Source: Candidatus Saccharimonadota bacterium (GTDB lineage Bacteria; Patescibacteriota; Gracilibacteria; UBA4473). Taken from it: 32,000 nt of DNA. This document shows, one piece after another, positions 17,064-23,937 of this stretch (positions are counted from its first letter, which is position 1; every line of letters starts with the position of its first letter). The notes under the pieces were generated by a model. It was not told the DNA's origin. It saw nothing but the letters and a program-made list of their open reading frames with translations, and did not search any database. The stretch is taken from NCBI GenBank assembly GCA_020632335.1, contig JACKFV010000001.1:180001-212000 (forward strand), given 5' to 3'. Made by a program: the position numbers and the translations under genes.

Positions 17064-17702
17064 CTACTCGATGATGAAACTGCCCGCAGAGTCCGCCGCG
17101 CCGCCCTTGGCCTTCTCAATAATGATATTAATGTGCTCCTGAATGAGGTCAAAGCTGAGGTAATCCAGCAAGTTGAGGTTGAAGAATCGCCCCACAATCG
17201 CCACGATGGTAAAGCTAAAAATGGTGATAATAATGCCGAGAATCGCCCAGCGTATCACCCCCCAAGCCTCGCCTACCTTGGCCTGATCCCCTCCGGAGGA
17301 GATGAGTTTGATCCCTCCCCAGAAGACAAAAATAGCCGACAGCGCCGCCGCAATGATGAAGGCGTACACCACAAACATCTGGATGATATCCAGCAGCGTC
17401 ATGTTATTCCAGAAGACCGGCCGCTGGGTGAGGTTCTCCGCTATTTGCCCCGTGGAGGTAGTGCGGAAGCCCCCGAGCGTGTCTGAGAGCCTATCGGCCA
17501 CGATGCTATCGGTCGAGGTGCTGGTCTGCACCGCCGTAGACCCAGAGGAGCGCACGGTGGTGTCTCCCGCCGGGGTAGCAGCAGCGCTGCTGGTGGGCGT
17601 GGTGGTGAGGGTAGGCGTGGTATCCAGCACATTACCGTCGGCGTCGAGGTAATAGACGGGCGCGCGCTGAGTAGTGGTAGTCTGTGCAAAAGCAGTAGCC
17701 AT
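17064..17702 (-). CDS. Thr/Ser-rich protein with C-terminal two-TM hairpin, VirB2/TrbC-like (T4SS-type) pilin-like
   Basis: 212 aa. A low-complexity T/S-rich N-terminal half is followed by two TM helices flanking the loop SSGGDQAKVGEAWG. This layout is typical of the TrbC/VirB2-like pilin family common in candidate-phyla bacteria. The family call is tentative. Confidence 0.6.
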   Translation of the reverse strand: MATAFAQTTTTQRAPVYYLDADGNVLDTTPTLTTTPTSSAAATPAGDTTVRSSGSTAVQTSTSTDSIVADRLSDTLGGFRTTSTGQIAENLTQRPVFWNNMTLLDIIQMFVVYAFIIAAALSAIFVFWGGIKLISSGGDQAKVGEAWGVIRWAILGIIITIFSFTIVAIVGRFFNLNLLDYLSFDLIQEHINIIIEKAKGGAADSAGSFIIE

Positions 17703-17736
17703 AATAGGTACACGTTACGAGAAATACTCTCTGCGT

Positions 17737-17766
17737 ATAGTATGCAAAAAACCTCCCCCAGGGCAA
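17737..17766 (-). promoter_or_regulatory. putative promoter TTGCCC-N18-TACTAT for the pilin-like gene
   Basis: On the minus strand, the -10 is at 17737-17742 and the -35 at 17761-17766. It shares the GGTTTT(TT)GCATAC block with the rpsP promoter. Confidence 0.35.
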
Positions 17767-17798
17767 GTAATCCTCTGGGTATTCTCGGGCAGCAATGC

Positions 17799-18059
17799 CT
17801 ATACCGTTGCCCCGGATTCATCGAGGAAGAGCAGGAAGCGCTGCTCCTCTCGCGCGCCCATAGACCGTACTAGCGTCCGTAGCGCGTCTATCGTGCGGCC
17901 CCCCTTACCGATCACCCGCGGCATATCTTCCTCATGCACTCGCACGCGGTAGACCACCGTACCGGTCTCTTCCGCCTGGTGGGTGATGTGAATATCCGCC
18001 GCGTGCTCGCAGTACTGCTGCAGGCAATGGCGGAGGAAAGGAGTAACAGCGTCAGTCAT
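17799..18059 (-). CDS. KH domain-containing RNA-binding protein (YlqC/UPF0109-like)
   Basis: VIGKGGRTIDALRTLV is the KH GXXG loop. Start set at ATG 18059, so it does not overlap rpsP. This is the conserved position downstream of rpsP. Confidence 0.85.
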   Translation of the reverse strand: MTDAVTPFLRHCLQQYCEHAADIHITHQAEETGTVVYRVRVHEEDMPRVIGKGGRTIDALRTLVRSMGAREEQRFLLFLDESGATV

Positions 18060-18069
18060 AGCAGGGTAT

Positions 18070-18354
18070 TTAGGCAGTAGCGCGCCGCTGAGGGACAAAG
18101 GCCTTCGCAGCCTCAACACCGTCCTTAGCCAGCAGCCGCGCCACGGTGTCGCTCATCTGCGCGCCGGTAGACACGCGGTAATTCACTCGTTCTGCGTTGT
18201 ACTCTAGCGCGCCCTTGCCCCCCTCAGCCAGGGGGTCATAGTAACCCAATTTCTCGATGAATTGCTTCTGCGTGGCGCGGGCTTTCTCCGCACAAACGAT
18301 GTGGTAGAAGGGCTGCTTTTTACGACCTTGGCGTGCCAGACGAATAACGAGCAT
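18070..18354 (-). CDS. rpsP: 30S ribosomal protein S16
   Basis: 94 aa. MLVIRLARQGRKKQPFYHIVCAEKARATQ is the canonical S16 N-terminus. Confidence 0.95.
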   Translation of the reverse strand: MLVIRLARQGRKKQPFYHIVCAEKARATQKQFIEKLGYYDPLAEGGKGALEYNAERVNYRVSTGAQMSDTVARLLAKDGVEAAKAFVPQRRATA

Positions 18355-18381
18355 AGGGGGATTCTCTTAGAAACGAGGGCT

Positions 18382-18409
18382 AGCGTATGCAAAACCACCC
18401 TGTTGTCAA
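18382..18409 (-). promoter_or_regulatory. putative rpsP promoter TTGACA-N16-TACGCT
   Basis: On the minus strand, the -35 is at 18404-18409 and the -10 at 18382-18387. A 27-nt leader follows. Confidence 0.5.
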
Positions 18410-18451
18410 CCCCTGGGAGGAGAAATGCACAGAGCGCGCGGAGCAAAACAC

Positions 18452-18479
18452 TTGCGTGATTTCTTCATCTTTCTATAGT
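18452..18479 (+). promoter_or_regulatory. putative promoter TTGCGT-N16-TATAGT
   Basis: The -35 is at 18452-18457 and the -10 at 18474-18479, upstream of the CDS at 18506. Confidence 0.45.
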
Positions 18480-18505
18480 TTCGCCGTTTCTGCTCCACCA
18501 TCTCT

Positions 18506-19003
18506 ATGGCTGATCAGTCCCCCACGCCCCCCATTATGACGGTCTCCCTCCCGCTGCCGGAGGAACTCTTTGCCTTCCCGCAGAAGCGCCTGATCCTCGA
18601 CGACACCGACTATATCCTCCGCCAGAGCTTCAGCGTGCCACTGCTTACCGAGAAAATGAGTGAGATTATCCGCGAGACACTGGGCGATGACCCCGCTGCT
18701 TATGAGCCGCTCTATGCGCTGCTGGAGGCCTTTGAGCCCGAGTGCCAGTTCCGCGAGGAGTACTATCTGGTGCATGACGAGGTTCTCCAGTGCTCCAGCA
18801 TCATCGAGATCTTGGAAATCCCCGAGCTGGAGACGCTCTATACCGCCATAGAGGCGTGCATCGGCTGTCCCCTCCCACTGCGCCCTGTGCCGCATGTGGT
18901 GCTCTTTTCCACCAGCCCGGAGCAGTGCGTGACGGTCCACTCGGCCGCAGACCTGGAGTACAAGACCCTCCGGGAGCTCAGCCCCGAGGAACTTATGGGA
19001 TAG
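18506..19003 (+). CDS. acidic hypothetical protein (165 aa)
   Basis: Chosen over the antisense 213-aa ORF (18473..19114) because the plus frame has consistently G/C-rich third positions when read codon by codon. I recognise no motif. Confidence 0.7.
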   Translation: MADQSPTPPIMTVSLPLPEELFAFPQKRLILDDTDYILRQSFSVPLLTEKMSEIIRETLGDDPAAYEPLYALLEAFEPECQFREEYYLVHDEVLQCSSIIEILEIPELETLYTAIEACIGCPLPLRPVPHVVLFSTSPEQCVTVHSAADLEYKTLRELSPEELMG

Positions 19004-19045
19004 ATATGGGGAAGATGACGAGGCAGTGTCACTCCGCCGGGGGTA

Positions 19046-19074
19046 TTGCCAAGCCAAGAGAATATGCCTATAGT
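19046..19074 (+). promoter_or_regulatory. putative leaderless hrcA promoter TTGCCA-N17-TATAGT-N6-ATG
   Basis: The -35 is at 19046-19051, the -10 at 19069-19074, and the ATG at 19081. Confidence 0.5.
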
Positions 19075-19080
19075 GAGGGT

Positions 19081-19800
19081 ATGAAGGAGCGAACCCAGCA
19101 GATCCTCCGCGCACTGGTGCAGGAATTCATCCGTACCGCGCACCCCGTGGCCAGCAAACGCCTGCTGGAGACGGGGCAATTCCGCGTGAGTAGTGCCACC
19201 GTGCGCAATGAATTCGCGCTGCTGGAGGACGTAGGGTATATAGAGTCCCCCCACACCAGCGCCGGCAAGGTACCCACCAGTAAGGGATTCCGCTACTATG
19301 TGGATAGTTTCGTTGGCCCCACGAAGGAGATGCCCCTGCCCAGCAACCTCCAGCAGACACTCCAGCAGGGCCTCTCGGCGTACAAACTCCATAAGTCAAA
19401 AGAGAGCGTGCTGGACGGCCTGGAGCTGCTCAGTCACCTCACCGGGAATGTGGCCTTTGCGGTGGTGGAGGACGACCGCACCATGTACCTGGGGCTCAGC
19501 AGTGTGCTGCGGAAGCCGGAATTCCTGCAGAACCCCGAGCTGGCCGCGCAGATAGTAGAAGTGCTGGAGGGCCGGGAGCGGTTCCACGCACTGCTGGAGA
19601 AGCTGGAGACGCCCGAGGGGGTGGTCAAAATCTTCATCGGGGAGGAGAATATGCTACAGGAGATTAGCAGCTGCGCCATGCTGGTGGTGCGGTTCACGGC
19701 CAGCTATAGCCAGGGCTACCTGGGGGTACTGGGGCCCATGCGCATGCACTACACGCTGAATAAGTCACTGCTGGAGCAGGTATATACCATGCTGGTGTAG
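19081..19800 (+). CDS. hrcA: heat-inducible transcriptional repressor HrcA (short form, 239 aa)
   Basis: The N-terminal winged helix is RTQQILRALVQEFIRTAHPVASKRLLE...SSATVRNEFALLEDVGYIESPHTSAGKVPTSKGFRYYVD. The C-terminus has GYLGVLGPMRMHY. Start set at ATG 19081; the track ORF begins 97 codons earlier, inside the upstream gene. Confidence 0.87.
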   Translation: MKERTQQILRALVQEFIRTAHPVASKRLLETGQFRVSSATVRNEFALLEDVGYIESPHTSAGKVPTSKGFRYYVDSFVGPTKEMPLPSNLQQTLQQGLSAYKLHKSKESVLDGLELLSHLTGNVAFAVVEDDRTMYLGLSSVLRKPEFLQNPELAAQIVEVLEGRERFHALLEKLETPEGVVKIFIGEENMLQEISSCAMLVVRFTASYSQGYLGVLGPMRMHYTLNKSLLEQVYTMLV

Positions 19801-19831
19801 AGACCCCCCAGAATATCTCCGGGGGGGGTCT
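19801..19831. terminator. GC-rich hairpin between convergent hrcA and the repeat-protein gene
   Basis: AGACCCCCC (19801-19809) pairs perfectly with GGGGGGTCT (19823-19831), leaving a 13-nt loop. No clear U-tract is present, so terminator function is uncertain. Confidence 0.4.
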
Positions 19832-19835
19832 GGTA

Positions 19836-20936
19836 TCACCCTGCGGATTGTGACTGTCTGTGTTTGTTCGCACTATAGCGCAGATAGCTATCAATCCCGC
19901 TGGTGTCCAGTTTACCAGCATCAGGGGGCAAGAGAGTAGTCAAAAAACTATAGAGCGCCTCAGGCGTCTTCCCCTGAGTATATATGATTTCTTGGAGATT
20001 AAGAGAATCACCATTTATTTCCAGGATGTCAGCCAAGATGCTCTCAGCAGTCATGCCAGCATGCTCTGGTTTTGCCAAGTATGCTTGTACATATGACTGT
20101 ACAGTATCATATTTTGCGTGGGTTTCTGGTGCCTGCACCCCAAGGGGATCTGCCTCAGGTGCCACTCCCCCCAGGTTATTTCCCTCTTCATCCTCCCATA
20201 ATCGTATTTTTATGGGCGCCCCTCCTGCTATATGGTAGATCTCTTCTCTCCCATTACGATACACATGTACAACGGGGTCTACTGCATCTAACGACATTTC
20301 ATCAGCCGGCGTCTCCTTCCCGTACTTTATTGCCTCTCCGCCTGCTATGGGGTAGATCTCTTCCTTCCCATCACGCTCCACAATTACATAATTGTTATCT
20401 CCAGATATGATAATCCAATCAGCCGTCGTCTGCCCCCCATACTTTATCGCCTCTCCGCCTTCTTTGGGGTAGAATTCTACCTTCTCACCACGCTGCACAA
20501 TTACATAATTGTTATCTCTAGATATGGAAATCCAACCAGCCGTCGTCTCCTTCCCGTACTGTATCGCCTCTCCGCCTCCTGTGGGGTAGGCTTCTTTCTT
20601 CCCATCACGCTCCACAATTACATAATTTTTATCTCTAGATATGGAAATCTTATCAGCCGTCGTCTGCCCTCCATACACTATGGCCTCTCCTGTGAAGGTG
20701 TCATAGCACACCCTCTTGCCGTTTTCCTCCCGTACCTCATACCGCTCCGGGACTTCTCTTCCGTCTTTTGCCTCAGTAGCAGCCGCAGCAGCCGCTGGCG
20801 ACGACTCCGCGTCACCCACAGCAGCGCCTGCTAGGTCCTTATTGACCTCCTTATCAAGTGAGGCTAAGTCCTCCATAGGAGAGTACGGTTGTTCTACCGC
20901 ATTAGTGCCATGATCGATAGTGAGATTTTCATTCAT
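19836..20936 (-). CDS. hypothetical protein with ~5 tandem 39-aa repeats (GGEAIKYG..TTADWI.ISRDNNYVIVERDGK.E.YP)
   Basis: 366-367 aa with no signal peptide. It has an acidic, Ala-rich N-terminus, the repeats, then a helical C-terminal domain of about 110 aa. The second ATG (20936) sits 6 nt after a GAGAAT -10. The DNA is visibly AT-richer than its neighbours. Confidence 0.8.
   Translation of the reverse strand: MNENLTIDHGTNAVEQPYSPMEDLASLDKEVNKDLAGAAVGDAESSPAAAAAATEAKDGREVPERYEVREENGKRVCYDTFTGEAIVYGGQTTADKISISRDKNYVIVERDGKKEAYPTGGGEAIQYGKETTAGWISISRDNNYVIVQRGEKVEFYPKEGGEAIKYGGQTTADWIIISGDNNYVIVERDGKEEIYPIAGGEAIKYGKETPADEMSLDAVDPVVHVYRNGREEIYHIAGGAPIKIRLWEDEEGNNLGGVAPEADPLGVQAPETHAKYDTVQSYVQAYLAKPEHAGMTAESILADILEINGDSLNLQEIIYTQGKTPEALYSFLTTLLPPDAGKLDTSGIDSYLRYSANKHRQSQSAG
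20262..20729 (-). repeat. tandem 117-bp coding repeats (4 clear units; degenerate copies extend to ~20180-20741)
   Basis: The block CACAATTACATAATT recurs at 20379, 20496 and 20613, exactly 117 bp apart. Units are roughly 80% identical by eye. Confidence 0.85.
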
Positions 20937-20942
20937 CATTGG

Positions 20943-20972
20943 ATTCTCTCACACCGGCGTATGCGGTGTCAA
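20943..20972 (-). promoter_or_regulatory. putative promoter TTGACA-N18-GAGAAT-N6-ATG
   Basis: On the minus strand, the -35 is at 20967-20972 and the -10 at 20943-20948. The spacer contains the small hairpin CACCG-N7-CGGTG. Confidence 0.35.
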
Positions 20973-21102
20973 ATAAAAACCCCATTTTCTCAGTACGTCT
21001 GACCAAGCAGTACCATCACCCAGTACTTGACAAGCCACTCTACTCCCCTATAGGTAAGGGTAGTTTCTTACAACACTGGTACATCCAGTTGCGGAAGAAC
21101 AC

Positions 21103-21176
21103 GGCCAGGTAGCTCAGTTGGTTAGAGCGTGACACTGCCAGCGTCAAGGTCACAGGTTCGAGTCCTGTACTGGCTA
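21103..21176 (+). tRNA. tRNA-Gly (anticodon GCC), no encoded CCA
   Basis: Hand-folded cloverleaf. The D arm is GCTC-AGTTGGTTA-GAGC. The anticodon arm is TGACA-CTGCCAG-CGTCA, with the anticodon at 21137-21139. The T arm is ACAGG-TTCGAGT-CCTGT. The acceptor is GGCCAGG/ACTGGCT with a G1-U72 pair and a G7-A66 mismatch, and the discriminator is A. Confidence 0.8.
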
Positions 21177-21244
21177 CAAATATGAGGGTGCCGATATAAT
21201 GGCAGCCTCTTTCCTTTTGCTGCATTTTCTACTAGAATAGGGCT

Positions 21245-22477
21245 ATGTGGCGTACGCTTCTCTCCCTCGCGGTGCACTCTATAGAGTCTAACCGCAAGCG
21301 TACCGTACTGACGCTGCTGGGCATTGTGGTGGGGACGCTCACCCTCATATTGGTGCTCAGCCTGGGTAACGGCCTCCAGCAGATCATCTATCAGCAGCTG
21401 GGCAGCCTGGCGTCGGATAACGTCTATCTGGAGGTCAAGTCGCCCGATACGGTTAAATCCGCAGGGCTGAGCATGCTGCAGATCACCACGCTGGACGAGA
21501 AAGACGAGCAGGACGTGCTGGCGCTGCCCAACGTGCAGCGTGCCTACGGGTGGTATAACGGCCAGGGCAAGCTGCAGTACGGGCAGGGCGAGCAGACCGT
21601 GACCATCATGGCTGTGGGGGCAGACTACGCGGTAGCCAGCGGCCTGAGCATGCAGAGCGGGCGCTTCTACACCCTGGCCGAGAACGCCAGCCAGAAGCGC
21701 GTCATCGTACTGGGGAAGAAGCTCGCCGCGGAGGTGTCTCCTCAAGGAGAGGCAGGCGCCATAGGCCAGACCGTCAAGCTACTGGGCAAGAGCTTCACCG
21801 TGGTGGGGGTGCTGGCCGAGCAGGGCACGCAGGGCTTCTTTGACCCAGACAAGGGCGCTTACGTCCCCGTGAAGACCGCACAGAAGCAGCTCTTCGGTAT
21901 AGACCACTACCAGGCCATTGTGGCCCAACTGCTGGATATGGAGCAGGCCGATAAGACCATCTGGCAGATGACACAGATCCTCCGCCGCAACCACCACATC
22001 ACTGACCCCGCCAAGGACGACTTCCGCATCACCAGCTATGATGAGGTCCTCAGCATCGTGGGTGACATCACCGGGGGGGTCTCACTGTTGCTGGGGGTGA
22101 TAGCCGGTATCTCGCTGCTGGTGGGGGGGGTGGGTATCATGAATGTCATGTACGTCACGGTGGCCGAACGCACGAAAGAAATCGGCCTGCGCAAGGCTCT
22201 GGGAGCTCCTGAGGCTAGCATCATGCGTCAGTTTCTCATCGAGGCGGTGCTCGTTACCGCGCTGGGCGGCGGCCTGGGGGCGGTGCTGGGGGTGCTGATG
22301 GCCTGGGGGCTGAGCGTCGTGGGGGGGCACTTTGGCTATGGGTGGGCGTTTGTCTTCCCCTGGGAGGCGGTGGGCATCGGCATGGGGACGGTCCTGCTGA
22401 TCGGCTTTGTCTTCGGCTACAGTCCGGCGCGGCGGGCCAGCCTGCTCGACCCCATCACCGCCCTACGCAGCGAGTAG
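21245..22477 (+). CDS. ABC transporter permease, MacB/FtsX family
   Basis: 410 aa. An N-terminal TM helix is followed by a large periplasmic MacB-like domain and a C-terminal FtsX 3-TM bundle with the motif ERTKEIGLRKALGA. TAGAAT ends 6 nt before the ATG. Confidence 0.9.
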   Translation: MWRTLLSLAVHSIESNRKRTVLTLLGIVVGTLTLILVLSLGNGLQQIIYQQLGSLASDNVYLEVKSPDTVKSAGLSMLQITTLDEKDEQDVLALPNVQRAYGWYNGQGKLQYGQGEQTVTIMAVGADYAVASGLSMQSGRFYTLAENASQKRVIVLGKKLAAEVSPQGEAGAIGQTVKLLGKSFTVVGVLAEQGTQGFFDPDKGAYVPVKTAQKQLFGIDHYQAIVAQLLDMEQADKTIWQMTQILRRNHHITDPAKDDFRITSYDEVLSIVGDITGGVSLLLGVIAGISLLVGGVGIMNVMYVTVAERTKEIGLRKALGAPEASIMRQFLIEAVLVTALGGGLGAVLGVLMAWGLSVVGGHFGYGWAFVFPWEAVGIGMGTVLLIGFVFGYSPARRASLLDPITALRSE

Positions 22478-22508
22478 ACAGCCGCTCTCTCCGCCCTAGC
22501 ATGGGGGT

Positions 22509-22946
22509 ATGACGCCCCTGCAACTGGCCCTCGAGGACTCCTGGGAGCCGCCCATTCCCTTCCTCCGGCTCGAGCATCTCCTCCGCGACAGGGGCTCTGT
22601 CTATAGCGCTACGGCCTGGAGGATAACCCATAGCAGCGACTTTCCACCGCTCCTGCAGCAGCTGAGGCAGACCAAGCAGTACGCCAAGGCCACGCACCAC
22701 AGCTCCGCCCTGCGGGTAGCCGAGCAGCCCGGGGTGCTCTATGAGACCAAGCAAGACGATGGCGAGACCGGCGCTGGTATGGTGATCCTCCGGCAGCTGC
22801 GGGCCAGTATGGCGGTGAATATAGCCGTGGTAGTGACCCGATGGTACGGCGGTACACGCCTGGGCACGGACCGCTACCGCCATGTACAAGACGCCACGCA
22901 GCAGCTCCTGGCCCAGTTGCGTGCCTCGGCCACAGCGCTAGACTAG
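22509..22946 (+). CDS. yigZ: IMPACT/YigZ family protein (UPF0029 domain only)
   Basis: 145 aa. KATHHSSALRV...DDGETGAGMVILRQL...NIAVVVTRWYGGTRLG matches the YigZ N-terminal domain pattern. Confidence 0.82.
   Translation: MTPLQLALEDSWEPPIPFLRLEHLLRDRGSVYSATAWRITHSSDFPPLLQQLRQTKQYAKATHHSSALRVAEQPGVLYETKQDDGETGAGMVILRQLRASMAVNIAVVVTRWYGGTRLGTDRYRHVQDATQQLLAQLRASATALD
22917..22944 (+). promoter_or_regulatory. putative leaderless promoter TTGCGT-N16-TAGACT-N6-ATG inside the yigZ 3' end
   Basis: The -35 is at 22917-22922, the -10 at 22939-22944, and the ATG at 22951. Confidence 0.45.
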
Positions 22947-22950
22947 CCCC

Positions 22951-23868
22951 ATGCACCTGCACGCCGCCATCACGCAGTACCTCCGCTACCAGCAGCAGCT
23001 GCGCAACGCCTCACCCCATACCCTGCGCAACTACTCCCGCGCGCTTGCATTGCTGGAAGAAATAGCCGGGCCAGAGACGCCCCTCTCCGAGCTCTCGTTG
23101 CAGACGATAGACCACTACCGCGACGCCCTCTTTGCCAAGCAGACCCCCAGCGGCCAGCCCATCGCGCGCCGCACGCAGAACCTCTACCTCAGCGCCGTAC
23201 GGTCATTTCTCCGCTACGCTGTCACGCGGGAGCTCAGCCCCATGCAGCTCTCCCCCGACAAAGTAGAGCTGGTGAAACTCGCCCCCACAGACGTCACCGG
23301 GCTCACTCAGCGGGAGCTCCAACAGCTGCGCGACTACACCGAGCCCGACCCCGTGAAGGACGCCCGTGACCGCCTCATCATCGAGCTGCTCTATAGCACC
23401 GGGCTGCGCGTAGCAGAGCTCCACCGGCTGAACCGCCTGCAGGTCGCGCACGATGTACACGAGCTCAGTATCCTCGGGAAGGGGAAAAAACGGCGCGTCA
23501 TCTACCTCACCCCCCGCGCCAGAGCCGCCATAGAGGCCTACTTCCACCAGCGCCGTGACGCCTATATTCCCCTCCTGCTGAGCCTCCGAGAGACCAAAAA
23601 CGACCTCCTCCATCAGGGCGAGAACCGCCGCCTGAGCACCGTGAGCATCGAGAAAATCGTGCGAGACCGGGCGCGGCTCAGTGGCATCACCCGCACCGTG
23701 ACCCCGCATACGCTACGGCATACCTTTGCTACCACGCTGCTGCGCAATGGCGCCGACCTCCGCAGCGTGCAAGAACTCCTCGGCCACAGTAATATCGCCA
23801 CCACGCAGATCTACACCCACGTGGTCAACGCGGACCTGCGACGCACGCACCAGCAGTATCTGGAGTAG
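22951..23868 (+). CDS. tyrosine recombinase, XerC/XerD family
   Basis: 305 aa. An N-terminal SAM-like domain is followed by the catalytic region with RLIIELLYSTGLRVAEL, HTLRHTFATTLL and LGHSNIATTQIYTHV (the R..HxxR..Y pattern). Confidence 0.9.
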   Translation: MHLHAAITQYLRYQQQLRNASPHTLRNYSRALALLEEIAGPETPLSELSLQTIDHYRDALFAKQTPSGQPIARRTQNLYLSAVRSFLRYAVTRELSPMQLSPDKVELVKLAPTDVTGLTQRELQQLRDYTEPDPVKDARDRLIIELLYSTGLRVAELHRLNRLQVAHDVHELSILGKGKKRRVIYLTPRARAAIEAYFHQRRDAYIPLLLSLRETKNDLLHQGENRRLSTVSIEKIVRDRARLSGITRTVTPHTLRHTFATTLLRNGADLRSVQELLGHSNIATTQIYTHVVNADLRRTHQQYLE

Positions 23869-23883
23869 AGGCTCTCGCATTAC

Positions 23884-23911
23884 TTGACAAGGCGTAAACA
23901 TATGATACTGT
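23884..23911 (+). promoter_or_regulatory. putative promoter TTGACA-N16-TACTGT
   Basis: The -35 is at 23884-23889 and the -10 at 23906-23911. The track's TTG start for ORF 23884 is the -35 hexamer itself. Confidence 0.45.
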
Positions 23912-23937
23912 CAGTATGTTTTACTCTCCTCCCTCCT

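Noticed and set aside
19003-19080. CIRCE operator (TTAGCACTC-N9-GAGTGCTAA) near hrcA or elsewhere
   Set aside because: There is no match. The only TTAGCAC occurrence I found (about 15221) is inside rpsF and has no inverted partner.
18473-19114. 213-aa minus-strand ORF
   Set aside because: Codon-by-codon reading shows the plus frame (18506..19003) has the G/C third-position bias typical of genes here. The minus ORF would also run across the hrcA promoter and start.
20262-20729. Possibility that the 117-bp repeats are a diversity-generating retroelement template/variable repeat pair
   Set aside because: Differences between units are spread over all four bases rather than confined to adenines. 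The copies are tandem and in frame within one gene. No reverse transcriptase is present in the window.
21122-21745. 207-aa minus-strand ORF, with the overlapping 21040..21225 ORF
   Set aside because: It is antisense to the MacB/FtsX permease and reads through the tRNA gene. The peptide STGLEPVT... is a translated T-arm artefact.
21103-23868. tRNA plus tyrosine recombinase as a sign of an integrated genomic island
   Set aside because: The recombinase has housekeeping XerC/XerD hallmarks and host-like composition. It lies 1.8 kb from the tRNA with ordinary genes between them. I saw no tRNA 3'-end direct repeat. The low-GC gene lies on the 5' side of the tRNA.
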